Assembly (NCBI GenBank): GCA_012295275.1
Contig: CM022673.1
Location: 12,958,001 to 13,022,000, forward strand
DNA: 64,000 nucleotides
Direction: 5' to 3'
From: Chrysomallon squamiferum
Lineage: Eukaryota > Animalia > Mollusca
Of the stretch, positions 15,101 through 29,579 are shown piece by piece. Each line of letters opens with the position of its first letter. The first letter of the stretch is position 1. The notes under the pieces were generated by a model, which was not told the DNA's origin, did not search any database, and was given only the letters and a program-made list of their open reading frames with translations. The position numbers and the translations under genes were made by a program.

Positions 15101-18100
15101 CTCAGAACATTCAAACAGTATTTGATTGTTAATATGATTTCCTTTATCAGTAGCAGCAACTATTTGGTGAGATATTTCTTGTAAAGAGATTTTACAGCTG
15201 TTATTTGTATCAAATCTACAACAAACTGGATGAGGATCTACAGCTTTACAAACACAACCATGGTTTGACTGTGTAGTAATATCTTGTCTTGCTGAACTAC
15301 AAACCTTACAAAAACTCCTGTCACACTCATTATAACTGCCATGCTTACATAATCTAATATGTTCAGTATTATGAACACCATTGTATTTATGTTGTTTATT
15401 ATTTCCAAGCTGGTATATTGGGCAGCTATGAGATAAATATGAAGATTCCCTTGCCCATTCAGGATAAATGCCTGCAGTCTGAAGATCTGAAGTGTTATTT
15501 ACACAACAACCTGTTCTAAAAGATGTAGTAGCAGTAATGTCACTGTGTTTTTTTGAATGTATACATTCATAATTATTAAGACCTCTACTTTTGTAGTTGT
15601 GATTACTATCCTGTTCACAAACCAACCAATTATTTTTTTTGACACAGGAACAGTTATGAAGCTCGCTGACAGTACTTTTGTTTTGTTCAACTGAGTCAGC
15701 TAGATTACATCTGGGTAACTGAATTTCTATGCAGGCATTACACTGACAAATTTGTTCTGAGTTTGAGTTAGTATTATTGTTGTTGTTGTTGTTGTTGTAG
15801 ATGTTTCTCAAAAAACTATTTCCTGTTTGTAGTACAGAATCCTGAGGTACATTCTGATTCACATTTCTTGGCAATGAATTAGCCACATCTCCAGTACTTT
15901 CAACTATTGTAATACCTGATGCTTCTTTAGCAGTATTGGATATTTTATTTTCTGCTTCAGTACATATGGCTGGTGCTTCATCACTTTTCTGATTATCATT
16001 ATTGGAATTAGTAATTTTATCTTTTTTCTGAAAAGACTTAAAAAGACCAACAAGTTGCGTAAGAAGTGACTCTGTTCTGGAAACCTGTGGTTCTTCAACT
16101 TTCTTCTCATTGGTTTTTATTTCTTCCTATATATAGAGAAAACTAAATGTCACACATTTAACCTAAGCAGATTATGATTCATCATTTGTTTTTATACTGA
16201 AGTTACTCAATTATAGGTATGTCAATCTGTTTTGTCTGTCTATCTATCTATACAAGTTCATCACAGAAACTGTAAAAGCCAAAACAAAATGTATGTTGTA
16301 AATATAATTTATACATCTGCCTTAACAGTCTTGCTCATTCAAAGTCAGTTACTGATAATTTCAAAAATCACAAATAGCTATTAAACCCAAAACTCATATA
16401 CATCTACATTTGATAGAAATATCTGATACTAGTTAAAATATATTATAAATGTAAGATATATATCTGACTATATTTTGTTTGATTCCTGTTCTTTCATGTT
16501 TATCAACAGCGTCTAACATCAGCTTGGACTCCTGTTTTGATGCCTCTTCTATAGAATTCAACTGTGCAGATAATGTAGAAATTTTTTCTAATATCAGATC
16601 ACTTTTTTGCCTAAAAAAACCAAAAACATCACCAATCCAAAATATTCAAAAGCAAAAAAAAAAAAAATAAGTTTATCAAAATCTATCTATTATAATTTAA
16701 AGTTAAGTATATCAAATATTTTTTAAAAACAGGTCTTCACACTCATATAGTTAAGAATAAATTAATTTCATTTTTACTTACTTTTCTGGTTTTTGTACAT
16801 CAAAATTTGTTTGACCTTTAAAAAGAATAAATTTTCAAACTATAAGAAATGATAAGTCTTTTATAAATTTAAATATTTATATCATTTTCTATTGTGTTTT
16901 GGATAAAACTCTTAAGTTAAGTCTGATTTGGTGGCCAAAACCTGCTCTTCTCTGAAGCAGTGATGGAAATGGGATTGGTACACAAGGGGACAGCATGCCC
17001 CTACTTTTTAATTTCAAGTTTATTTCTATTATCTGTACTAATATGGACTTAGAGATGTCTTTTAGCTAACTTTTGTCAAATTTCTAACACTTAAGATTAA
17101 TAGTTTATTTTCTTAAATTATATTAGCATATTTTACTCAACTCTCATAAAAACACATATAGTCACCAAAATTCAAATACATAATCTTTCTTTGGTGAATT
17201 AATGGCTTTATAGGGAAAAGTGAAAGTGAAGTGGTATTGTTAAATTGGCACATATTGTAGCATATTGTATAGGTGTTAGAAATTGTTACGATAGGCCTGA
17301 ATCAGGGCAGGTAAGAGAAAGTTGAACTATCTGCCTCCATTAACAAACTGCACATTCAGATTACACCATATACCCCCTCCTTCCCAACATCACCCTCACA
17401 GATAACTGTATCTCCAGTTCCCAAAACACATTTCCATCACTGGTCTGAATAATGCCAGAAACTACCCACATTAACACTTTCCCCAGAAATAATACAGGAT
17501 TGTATGCCGTTTTCATAACACTAACTATTTTCGTCACTTGGTTTTTAATTTTATAAAAAGTCAGATATCTGTAATATCTAACCTTCTTTCTGACAAAGAT
17601 TCAAGGTATATTTTAGAGCTTTAATAAGTTCTTCATCTTGGGCCTCTGTAAGATGTCTGACCAAATTCTGGTATCCTTTTCTGTCAATGTACTTCTGGTT
17701 CTCAGCTGAGTGAAAGGATAAACAAAACCATAATCTCACTTACTAAATTATAAATAAATGTGATAAAATAAAATAAACTGATGACAAAAAATATTAAATA
17801 ATTTTTTTTCAACAAATTTCAACATCATAGCAAGGAAAAAAAAAAAATTATCTGAATTACTGACAGACTGAAAAAGGGTTATTTCTTTTTTCAGTCCATA
17901 GCAAAATGTAGCTGATAATGATAAAATAAAATTACAATCCATGCTATTTTCACATTTCTGAATTTATTTAAGAGGTGGGTGAAGGATTATGATTCTTCTT
18001 TCTATTATTAATGTTTTTAGTGATTTATAAAATTATATTTGAAATAATTAATATTAAAAGATTATGAGAAATTTTATTAATTCTTCATACTTGCAGTATC

Positions 18101-18300
18101 CAAGGTGTGTCCTAGAGTTAAAACAACTTGCAGATATTCCTGCTGGTCCAAATCAGATTGTTGTAAAGTCTCCAGTAGTAATTTAATTCCACCCAGTTTA
18201 CCAAATTTTATACAGTTTGCTTCTAAAATAAATTACTGATTATCTAAACACAAAAAAATATTTTAAAATTTTCTAAAATACATATTCATACAAACAGAAA

Positions 18301-18339
<39 letters not shown>

Positions 18340-18837
18340 ATACACACTCACATAAGTTGTTTTCAATCTGGATATTTTATACATTTAAAATTTTAAAAAT
18401 CTATTTTTTGAATTGAAAATAAAATTAAGTAATTCCAGTTACTTATTACATACATGAAAATAAAATTGCAAAAAAGTAAAATCTAACTAAATTACAAACC
18501 GTGATCAGTGATACAGGAATCCACAGTGGCAATAACAGGAATGGCTAAGGCAGGTTCATCAAGCACTGAGTAACCCATACATTTACCAAGAGTATTGACT
18601 AAAATGTCCAATCCATTACATCTTCTCACTCGATCTTGATTTACAACTAAGAATAACAATTTATGATTAAAATTTGTTTTTGAAGCATTTATTATTAAAT
18701 AAAATGAGTGGTTCAGTAAAATCATTATATAAATTTAAATTGTTGTTTTGATACAGGTTTTAAACAACAAGACCTAATTTTAATAAGTCTTAAATTTCTG
18801 AAGACTTAATTTAACACAAATGAAAAAACTGTGTATG

Positions 18838-18882
<45 letters not shown>

Positions 18883-21800
18883 TATTGTTGTTGTTGTTAT
18901 TATCACTATTATATATTTTATTTTTATTTTTTATTTGTTCATTGTTTTTGTTGTTAAAAAAACATAATAAAAATAAAAATGAAAACTTACCATTGTTTGC
19001 TACAGCTAATCCAATTAATGACAAAGATGGTTTTAGTAAGTCAGGATTAAGATTTTCTTCAATAAGCTTAAAAAAGTGTGGAAATAAAGTTGAAAATAGA
19101 TGTTGATTCTCCTCTGAAATCCAAACAAAATTAGTTCCATAAATATATATATATTTTTTAAATATATGATTAATATATGAAAAAGGGATATCAATTTATG
19201 TCAACTGTTATGTGAAATTGGTGTTAAGAAGAGCACTGTGCAATTACTAAAAAAAAAAAAAAATCAATAATATTAAAATACATTATTTTTTATAGGTATG
19301 TCATTAACGATGGTGTATTAATGGGTGTACTATGTGAATAACTTACATTCATTTCATTTGAAAAAATAAAAATAAAGAAAAATAAAAATAAAAATGAATT
19401 TAAATTTATTTAGTTGATACCATCCAGCTACTATTTAAGAATTTATTATATAAAGTAAATAATATAATTTTGGGATTAAATGTATATTTTTGTAATTTTA
19501 CCATTTTGAGGATTGTTCACACAAACACTAATGGCACTGTTAACAATAGTCCAAATTTTATCAATGGCATGACTAGACTGCTTTTCTTTTATTAATACTC
19601 TGAAATGTAATATTATTCAAAATACTAAACTGCCTTCATTCATAAAATATACTTTCATTTATATAAAACTATGCCTAACTTTAATCAAATGTATTTATTT
19701 GATGATAAAAAAATTACTGATGTAAGGTAAAATAATTTTATTTTAATGTAGGGTTGACATTTTGAAATAACATTTATAATTTAATGCAAAAAAAAAAAAA
19801 AAAAAAAAAAAAATTTTTTGAAAACTTTATTATGGAATGACATGTGTATCATGTAATGTTATATTTGTACATAACAGGTAAGTGAAAAAGAAAAGCTTAA
19901 GAGTTAATATATGCATAAATGTCTGAAGACATATCCCCCCCCCAAAAAATAAAGTTTATAATTATATGTACTTGCACATTTCCATCAAATCAACCAAGCA
20001 TCCTGTCTGTTTTGCAAGGTTTTGTCCCAAACCTAAATTACGTAACAGATCAAACTTGTATAAAATATCAGTTTAGTACAAGTTAAAAAATGTCTTTTAC
20101 TCATTTCACATTTCTTATATACATCTTTCTCTGCTAATGGTTCTATTATCCAGTGTAGAACCTGCCAGTTTATAGCTTTTATAGATATATATATATAAAT
20201 GCACACACACACACAAACACACACACACATTTTAGTATTTTAAAAAATTCATAAAACTTTGTAATTCAGAATAGTTAAGAAAATGTACAATAATTCTGTT
20301 TTATCTTTATATAATTTTTTTTTTTTTTTTTTACCTGAGCCAGAGTTTTAAGTTATGCATAACTGACATAAATGTTTATCTTCAATTTTTAATTTTTTTT
20401 CTTTAAATTTTAAATATTATGATTGTGCAAAATTAATAAAATAAATAACATTTCCACACCAAAACTACATATAGAAGAATAAACAGTCATACTGTTGTTG
20501 GCCACAAGACAAAGAAGGAAAAAAACGGCTGTCTGTTTCATTTTAGTTGATGCAGATGTGTTACTGAGAATTTCATGGATAAAATCAAAGACCTGCTGGG
20601 TTGACAAACTGTTCTGAGCAAACACTGAAAAGGTTAAAAATACTAAATAAATAGATAAATAAATCAAAAAAAAAAAAAAAAAAAAAAAATATCTACATTA
20701 TTTGTAATAAAAAAGAAAAAAAAAAAAGAAAAAAGACATTGAACTTACTATACTCATTTTCATCTCAATTTGAATAATTGCATTTGATAATACTCTCAGT
20801 AATATTTTTTTTGATGAATACAAAATATTATTTAACTATTAACATTATTCAGATGTTTGATTACATAAGCTCTTGGAAATTTTATCCTGTTCAACTTTAT
20901 TGAGAATTACAGTATAACCTAAACATACAGGTGCATCAAATATATTGTTTTCTACTATTGCAAAACATTTTCTTTATATGAAATCTACTGTTTTATAATG
21001 ATAAATCATAGCTGATGATATTTAATATTGGGATATTCATGCCAGTGATTATAAAAAATCTGAAATTAAATTTTACCATGTTTTTCTACACCACAAGCTA
21101 GGCAAAACAATCCTGATTGCTTTACAGCAATATGTTCTGTTCGTACTATTAAATCAAAAATATATTTCAACCCTCCAAGTTCTCTAAAACATTCTTTGGC
21201 TCCATCTGTAAAATATTTATTGAAATAAATTAATCATACACACACATAATCACACAAACAGTTTAAGATTATTTTTAAAATATATTTTTTATATTCTTTT
21301 GGTATATTTTTTTGATAATTATAAGGAATTTCTAAATATAATAAACACAAAACATAAAGATGTAACATTTAACTAATATTGAACCATGTCTGGTGAATAA
21401 CCAAATAAATAAATATATAAATAAATAAAACAAATTAAAACATGTGATAGAAAGTTAAGATGTATTGCTTTACAATCTTGTCTTATTGGGTTACAATGTG
21501 TTTAAAGTAATGAATCAGAGAAAAGCTGCTTTAATAATTTTTTCTTTTTCTTTACAAAATGATTGATGTGATTAGTTTTCACTGTGTATACCATTTGCAG
21601 TAAGTATAGAAGCTAACGTCACAAGAGATGTCTTCAAAGAATCTGGAATTTTCATCTGACATTTAAGACATTCCAGTAGAATTTCAATATCAGTTTGTAT
21701 GTCTGAAAATGAGAAAAAAGGACTCTTAAATACCTTACAGAGTATTTTATATATGCAGAAATATTTGGAAAATTTAAGTAAAATTACTTCAGTTTTGATT

Positions 21801-22035
21801 AAAACCTGATGCCTTTTAATACAGGTTTTTTTTTTTTTTTTTTTTCTTTCAGATAACATATAGGCAAGCATCTGGTTGACACACAGCAACATTATGCTGA
21901 AACTGCCAGTCATTTCGAATAATGGTTAGTACTCATTATTCAACATATTATTTTTCCATAAAGGAACTTAATATAGATCACATCAAAATATTTTACATAA
22001 AACTGTAATAAGTAAAGGTAAAACATACCTTCCAT
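12163..22035 (-). CDS. TERB1: Telomere repeats-binding bouquet formation protein 1 (TERB1/CCDC79) homolog, 17 coding exons, 1327 aa, two C-terminal Myb domains
   Basis: Exons (high to low): 22035-22029, 21702-21592, 21205-21077, 20624-20493, 20032-19972, 19599-19502, 19113-18991, 18646-18500, 18222-18091, 17705-17583, 16815-16782, 16610-16469, 16126-14191, 14011-13940, 13627-13344, 13083-12856, 12387-12163. They total 3984 nt and are all in phase. ARM-region motifs TDIEILLECLKCQM, FRELGGL and CVNNPQNEENQ, the CPGC...LNSRTY...CSSHR block and the C-terminal Myb are characteristic of TERB1. Confidence 0.9.
16958..17442. mobile_element. Non-autonomous DNA transposon (MITE), probably hAT-type, in a TERB1 intron
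   Basis: Perfect 14-bp terminal inverted repeats CAGTGATGGAAATG...CATTTCCATCACTG. The flanking 8-mers CTCTGAAG and GTCTGAAT match at 6/8, consistent with a decayed 8-bp target-site duplication. Confidence 0.75.
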
Positions 22036-22972
22036 ATTTCTGTAATTTCAACAGCAACTTTTTCATTCCTACAATAAAGGATAATCAGTACATACATAAT
22101 GTAGCAATTAATAGTGATCTCACATTATTATTATTATTATTTTTTTTTTTTTTTTTTTTTTTTTTTATGAATTTAAAAAAAGAAAAATTAAAATAATTTA
22201 AAAAAAGCATTTAAACTTACAAAGAGATTTAGATATACAATTCTTCTATTAACAGTCAAAATAGTTCTTATGAATTCAGTTTCAATACCTGCAGTTAGGG
22301 AATGGAATGGAATATTTAATGATATCTTCTTGAAATTCTGAATATGGCTTTCATTTTGCTACAAAGTATTTGTGACAATTCACTTTATTTTCTGATGGCG
22401 CAAGAATTTTTAAATAAAATTTTATTAACAATTTCAAATAGAATCTTGGAGGAGACTCAGTGAGGTGGTTTAAATACTCAGTACTGTATTGGAATTATGA
22501 AGAAAAAAAAAAAAAAAAAAAAAAAACGTGTCAACTAATTATTTAATGTTATTCATAAAAAATTTCTTTAACTATCTCAAACAATAATATACACTGAAAT
22601 TAAATAAATGCCAATGCATGTCTTTTCCTTGATATTCTTTCTACATAACTTTCATCTCAAAACAAAAACTAAAGACAGACGACATCCTCTTAGTAATGAC
22701 TGGTTTCCTAAAGAATAATGCATTACCAATGTATAACAATACAAAAGACAGTATAACTGGTTATCAGTCCTGTATTATTATGTTCTCATAGCGGCAAAAT
22801 ATAAATAAAACTATTACACTTCACAATTATAAACACATGTATTAAATAAATAAATAATATAAACAAAATTTATTTGTTTTATTATTATGTTTTAATATAG
22901 TTTATTTGTTTTGTTGCTAATTTTTCTGATAAATGTCTTAAAAAATATATAAAAATAATAATAATTAAAAAA

Positions 22973-22976
<4 letters not shown>

Positions 22977-23041
<65 letters not shown>

Positions 23042-23056
23042 AATAAATAAATAAAT
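22977..23056. repeat. (AAT)n / (AAAT)n microsatellite
   Basis: Seen directly. Confidence 0.9.
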
Positions 23057-23304
23057 AAAATTAAAAAAAATTAAAAAAAATAAAAATAAGGAGAAATAAT
23101 TCTTTGTATTTTTTCTCGCATACCATATAATGTTTGTAGTCGATATTCAATATGAAGCATGTTATCAAACACAGCGACTACTCATATTATTCTCATGTTT
23201 AGGAACTAATTATTCTTGTATTACCTCTAAGGGCAAAATTTGTTTTGTACTGCATATATTTTATTGTCATATTTTATTACAATTCATTAGGAATTCGTAT
23301 TTAC

Positions 23305-23667
23305 TTGTTGTTGATGTGAATAATATTTGGCATGTTCCATCAGTGACGAGCATTCACATCTACATATGACTTCGAACCTCGTAGAAGAATTATGTGTAAG
23401 ACTGGGGTTTATTTATTTATTATTAATTAATTTATTTAATCATATTATTATTATTTATTTTACATATATTAAAAGAAGGAAGCCTTCCATTCGTATTTGT
23501 GAATAATATAAAGAACTTATAATTATAATATTAAAAAGTCATATAAATAATATTTGTTACTGTTCTATGTGTTTAAGCATTTGTAATTTAAATTAATTAG
23601 AAAAACAAGAATGCGAAAAACAAAAATAAGATTAACTTTATTTCAGTTATTGTAGCAACGTGACAAA
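23305..23667. promoter_or_regulatory. Divergent TERB1/LRRC72 promoter region with an RFX X-box-like site
   Basis: A minus-strand donor at 23304-23303 is a candidate end for a TERB1 5'UTR exon. GTTATTGTAGCAAC at 23646-23659 resembles the RFX X-box and lies just upstream of the LRRC72 ATG. Confidence 0.5.
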
Positions 23668-26600
23668 ATGGCCGAAAGTGAGAAGGTTTGTTCAAATATC
23701 TTATGCATGCTGGCCGAGTATCATCTTTAAAAAATTATAGTTGTCTGATATAAATCAAATTATTAATACAATGTGACACATATTTCTTAAACAGCCTAAC
23801 TATTTACTGTTTAATGATAGTTTGTAATTAGGTTGTTATTGTTATTGTGTTTTCGTTATGAACCTAATCTCGTAATTTCGTTTAATACTGTTTTTATTTT
23901 CCATTATTTTATACAAGGACAGATTATAATATTTTGCATCCTTGTCGTTTATACCAGCAACATAATCATGATGTGTTATAAAATATCATGATTTAATATC
24001 TGGAGATCAATACCCAGTTTTGATTAGCATTCATCATTCCTTATGTCATGCATGTAATAAAAATAATATGATACCAAATGGAGTCACCTCGTCTTATTGT
24101 GTGAATGTGGTGTGTTATTCATCATAAACAAAACTATGCATGTCCACAAAACACCTATAATTTGAATTTCTTTCCATGGGACAAGAAAACTATATATATA
24201 TTTCGCAAATGATATGTATGACATCAATATTGTTGCTTTATAAAATTTATCTCATTTCTTTTTCAGATAATAGCTGAATTTCTATCAAAGAAAGGCCTCA
24301 GAAATAAAGATGTGGAAGAATTGTATCTGGGTAAAATGTATGTATAAAAACTGTAAATGATATAAAATATTATTACTGCTACTACTACTACTACTACTAT
24401 TATTATTTTAATATCATCATAATCATCAAAATAGTTGCAGGCTTATTGTTGATTGAAACGTATTAGAGAACAGCGAATAATGCAAATATTTAGTTTTATT
24501 TCCAAAAGATATGACTAATACATGGTATTTTAATTATTATTCATTCTGAGTTTCAGTTTATTATGATATGGAAATCAAATATTTTCAATATTTTCTTTTG
24601 ATTTAAAATTGTAAACAATAAAATTTTATATTTTATTTCAGAGGGCTCACAGAAGTGTGTGATTTACAGAGATTTGTATATTTAAAACATTTGTGGTTGA
24701 ATGGAAATAAGGTAAAAAAAATTCATTACTTTAGATGAGTTTACTGATTGTGTTCCACTAAGTATTTTTATTCTTGTACAATAAAATAAAGTTTTAAAAA
24801 ACACCCAACAAACCAAATAATATTAGGACGTGTCCCTGCATTAAAAAATCTCTCAAATTTGTAAAATTGAATATATTAGTCTAATATATTGTTTCTTAGA
24901 CACAACTGAAAACATATCATTGTGTTTGATGACATGTTAGGATAATGACTGAACAAAATAATTTTTAGTCTATAAAACTTTTATTTCTACAGTTGTGGAG
25001 AATCAACTGCATTCAAAAGAACCTACACCTGACTGAGCTGTACCTGCAGAATAATGAGTTAGTGGATGTTACTGGAGCTCTGCATCACTTGACCTGTCTC
25101 CAGGTTCTCATGCTTCAAAACAACCAGCTCAGCAATCTAGAGGCAATTATGCATGAACTGCGAAACATGCAAAGTCTGGACACACTGAGTAAGTGGACAC
25201 TTACTTTTTTTTTTTTTTTTTTCTTGCAGAATAGTCACAGAGCTGTCCTAGGAAATCATTTAATCTTTTTACCAGTTAGATAAATGCTGTTCTCATTTTT
25301 ATCCTCATACATATTTGTAACCAATTTTGTGGTAATCAGGTGAGAGTTCTTCTATTCGTTATTGTTTTCTTTATTACCATCTACGTAAACCCCAAATTAT
25401 TAAACTAAACTTATTAATATTAAAAGTTTTATATTTCATTACATTTAAAGATAATAGCATTATATATTAATATCAAGATTGCATATTTGTTGTTTAAAAA
25501 TGGATTATTTTACATATTTTTGAATATTCATAAGGTTAAACAGAACAGTCTTATTTGTGCTTGGGGCCATTTTGAATGTGTCCTGATTTTTTTTTAAAGA
25601 GGTTTTAAACTATCTCCATTTTCAAAGGACTGGCAAATTAAAAATCAAAGCAGTACTTTGAATATTTATAACACAAAATTTTAATTTAGATAGATTCACT
25701 GCCATTCACTGCCCTTTTGAAAAAATCAGTGTCTTATTATAATGAGAATGTTCAAAACATGTTAAAATTAAATTTTATTTGGTACAGATCTCTTCAGCAA
25801 TCCTGTGGCTCAAGAAGTTGAATATCGTTTTTTTGTGATTCGTTCACTGCCATCTCTAAGGTTGCTTGATAGAAAAGGTAAAATATATTTAGTCGAATAT
25901 TTATTCTTTTTAAATTCCACCAAAAGTCAACTATCTTACTTCAAGTCTCACCGTTTTGTAAAAGCTTCCCAAATTACTTTTGTTAAATATTATGGGCAAC
26001 ATTTGTTATCAAAATGGAAGCAATTTGAACACATAGAACAAATATTTTCTTTTCTTCTTTTTTTTTTTTTTGCTGTATATTTGTTACTTTAAAAATCCAT
26101 CAGAATTAATTTATCATTATTTTAAGTTTATTTTCTTTGTAATTTTTTTTTAAAATTTTTTATATCAAATTAAATAAATAAATAAATAACAAACAATAAT
26201 AATAAAAAATAAAAAATTTCCTCTATCTGCTACAGTACTTTGCTGTTAAAAATTAATTATTAACTCTACATTTTCAGAAATTGTGAAATCTGAAAAAGAC
26301 TTAGCTAGAAAAATATATGACCAGGAGCAGGAGGAAGTGAGACAGACTATTGCTTTTGGTCGAAGGTCTCAAGGTCCACCAGATCTATACTTCCCACTGA
26401 CCCCTGTAAAGAATATTCATCTACACTCTGATAATGTGCAATCTAGTCCAGGTATGTATGTATGTTACTTCTTGCACAAACACCAATATAATGTAATCAA
26501 ATATTATTGGAAACTTTAAAGCATAAATATTTATAATTTGTTGGTTTTATCACAGAAATGTCTAGGTAAATAACATAGACATACAAAAGGTAATTTTCTG

Positions 26601-27251
26601 CATAAACCATAACAGTTTGTCTTTCCTTAAGAATATTATTTGGATTTTTTAATTGATTATGTTTGTGATATAAAAATCGTATATAATTTTTCTTTTTAGG
26701 AAAAGAAATTGCAAACAGTTTTTATAGGGATAGGTGAGATTTTTAGTTTTTTGTGCATGTTACTTAAAAGCATTCAAGGTTAAAAATAATATTAAGAAAA
26801 AGCTAAAATTATTAATAAGTTGCAGTTAAAGGATAATCAAAATGTACACTGCTTTAAAAACAAAACTATTCTAAATTAAACAAATAAATTCTGCACAACA
26901 TGAATTGTTTTATTTAATTAAATCTTTTTATATGTATTCACGAAAGCTGCTATTAAATAACCAAATATGTTCATCAGATTAATTTGAACAACATATTATC
27001 AGGTCACATTAACATATAAATTTATTGGTAAAATGATTTTCAGTCAATAAATAGTATCTGAGTTTTTTTAAACAACAAATTTCAGCGTAATTTATGATGA
27101 TCCTGAGGAAGCGTTCAACCAGCGGAGATTAAGGAATTCTGTGAAAATTTATACAACACTTAACTGGTCAAAAGTACCAAAGTATGAAGAAAGAAGACAA
27201 TCTGAAGCCCCATTTGAAACTCCAGAAAGTGTAACTTACGTGTATCGATAA
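23668..27251 (+). CDS. LRRC72: Leucine-rich repeat protein 72, 8 coding exons, 272 aa
   Basis: Exons 23668-23685, 24267-24337, 24642-24711, 24993-25188, 25788-25877, 26278-26451, 26700-26733, 27086-27251 (819 nt, in frame). Sequence includes DVEELYL...LTEVCDLQRFVYLKHLWLNGNKL, LTELYLQNNEL, the LRRcap NPVAQEVEYRFFVIRSLPSLRLLDR, and C-terminal LNWSKVP. Confidence 0.85.
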
Positions 27252-27687
27252 ACTCGTTTTTATGCAAGCATTTTTAAAACTATCTTTATGCAAATGTTTA
27301 TAAAAACATGTATCTATATGGTTGTATAAACAAATCTTTTTATTATCTTTATTAAGTTCTGTTTATATTTATACCATTTTAGATTTTTATATAAACAAAG
27401 TTTTAATATATTTATTAAACTAATTTTTATACAAATGTATATATTTGTTTCCTAAATTTTGCAGTTTTATAAGCATTATCATAAAAATGTGGTGTTTATG
27501 CAAACAGTTTTATCATTTTTTTAAAATTGTTTTCATTACAAGATTTTATCATTACTTTTAATATTCTTTTAAAAATGTTACTTCTCCATCTTTTTAAAAA
27601 AACAGGATGAAATTTCATTTTTCACTGAATAAATTTTATTTTCCTTTGCTAATTTAGAATGCAAATAAATCTGCTTATCACATAGAA

Positions 27688-27691
<4 letters not shown>

Positions 27692-27737
<46 letters not shown>
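27692..27737. repeat. (TA)n microsatellite
   Basis: Seen directly. Confidence 0.9.
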
Positions 27738-27739
<2 letters not shown>

Positions 27740-29385
27740 TATTCTTTTAATTAAAAGTGAAATTGTATAACAATCTCTATTTATAGATTTATTTATGATC
27801 AATGCTAAACACATATATTTTATTTGTAATGCCATGAAAGTTACTATCAGGTGTTTACAATACATTTTTTTCTTCCCTAAAACATTAGTGATGTAAATCC
27901 TGATCCAGTTTTATCCTGACCATATAATTATATACACTCAGCAAACTAAATATTACTAATCTAGTTAATGTAGAACATTTCGTTTTAAAGTTGTTCCTAA
28001 AATAGTTTCATCATATGATAAATGGACATGTTCTTTCTCATTTAAATGAATTAGTTTGAATTGTAAATGGGGAAAACAGTAATTAAATGTTTCTTGTTTA
28101 AATATAATTTCTGAATCAATCCAATAAAACATATTTTCATTTACACCTGAAAATAAAAAGTGGCAGATATTCCATTACAAGAACTGTACTAAATCTTGTT
28201 TAATGCTTTAATAAAATTAAGTTTTAATAAAATATATGCATATGTGTGTACATAAATGACTGTTTATGAATGATTGTAGGCATGTTTAGTGTTTGTTACT
28301 CTATGTATGTACAGGTAAATACTTACCTGGTACAGATTTTTAGATATAGTTTAATCACTTATACAAGGAAAAAATAATGTTAATTTATAAATAGTATACT
28401 ATATGGCTTGAAATTCTTTACAGGATTTCATATTTTATCTGTCATTTTTAACCATGTCTTAAGAAATAAACCACATCACCAAAATCCACAACAAAAAAAA
28501 CCCTCAAACAAAATAATAAAAAAAGTACTTTTCATGTTTCATGTTTTATTTTGATGACATACATGCAGTTATAAATTACAAAAAATATTTTTTCTGTTAA
28601 ATACATGTGATACAAAATTTTCTAAACTGTGATGAAACTGAGATTTAGAAAAAAAAAAAATGTAATGTTATTTTTAACATGTTTATTTTATGATAAATGT
28701 ACATGATGTTTTGAAATGAATGTACATGAAAATGAGGTGGTTAATTCTGTGATTTGTCAATTACATAAATTTTTTGATGACAAGACGTATGATGATATGA
28801 TGAAAGGTGGGTTAATGTTAATGTTAATAATAAAAATAAATAATTAAATCACATATTTGTACATTAAACAATCTGCCATATTCCTGCTGTGTTTCACCAC
28901 AGAGCAAACAAAATAAACTGACTAGTGGTGAGATATAAATGCAGATATTACAAAGTTTTTGTTTTTGTTTTTTTACTTAAATAAAGAAAGAAAAAATAAA
29001 GATAACAAAATGAAATATTTATCTCAATAGTGTGTTATTATTGGATTTAACAATCAACAACATTTGAAGAAACATCTCAAAATTTCAGTTATAAATCCAA
29101 CATGAAAATATGCTGAACAGACCTCACTGTGTATGGAAGTGAAAATAGTAACTTTTTAATTTTTATATTGTGTTAATACTGTTGTCTCAACACTTTTCAA
29201 GAAATAGAGATTCTATAGTTTTGTGCTGTACATTATAAACCTTGTACTCGACAAACGTTACAGACAAACAAAATAACAGACATCAGAAAATGTGTCACAC
29301 CTAACATCCATTCATGTGTGCATTTAACATGCACCATTTTGTACACTTGTTTCCACAAGGCAAAATATTTTTCAAATATAAATAC

Positions 29386-29548
29386 TCAAAGCTCCAAAGC
29401 TTTAATTATCGCATCTCTTTCCTTTATGGCTTTCCATGCTGCCTCTTTTTCTTTCTTGGTCGGAGTTTTCTTTTTCTGTCGAGCTGCCTGGATTTTTCTA
29501 TACGCTTCCATCACCTGAAATTAAATGTAGTTTTAGTTAGTAATAATC

Positions 29549-29579
<31 letters not shown>

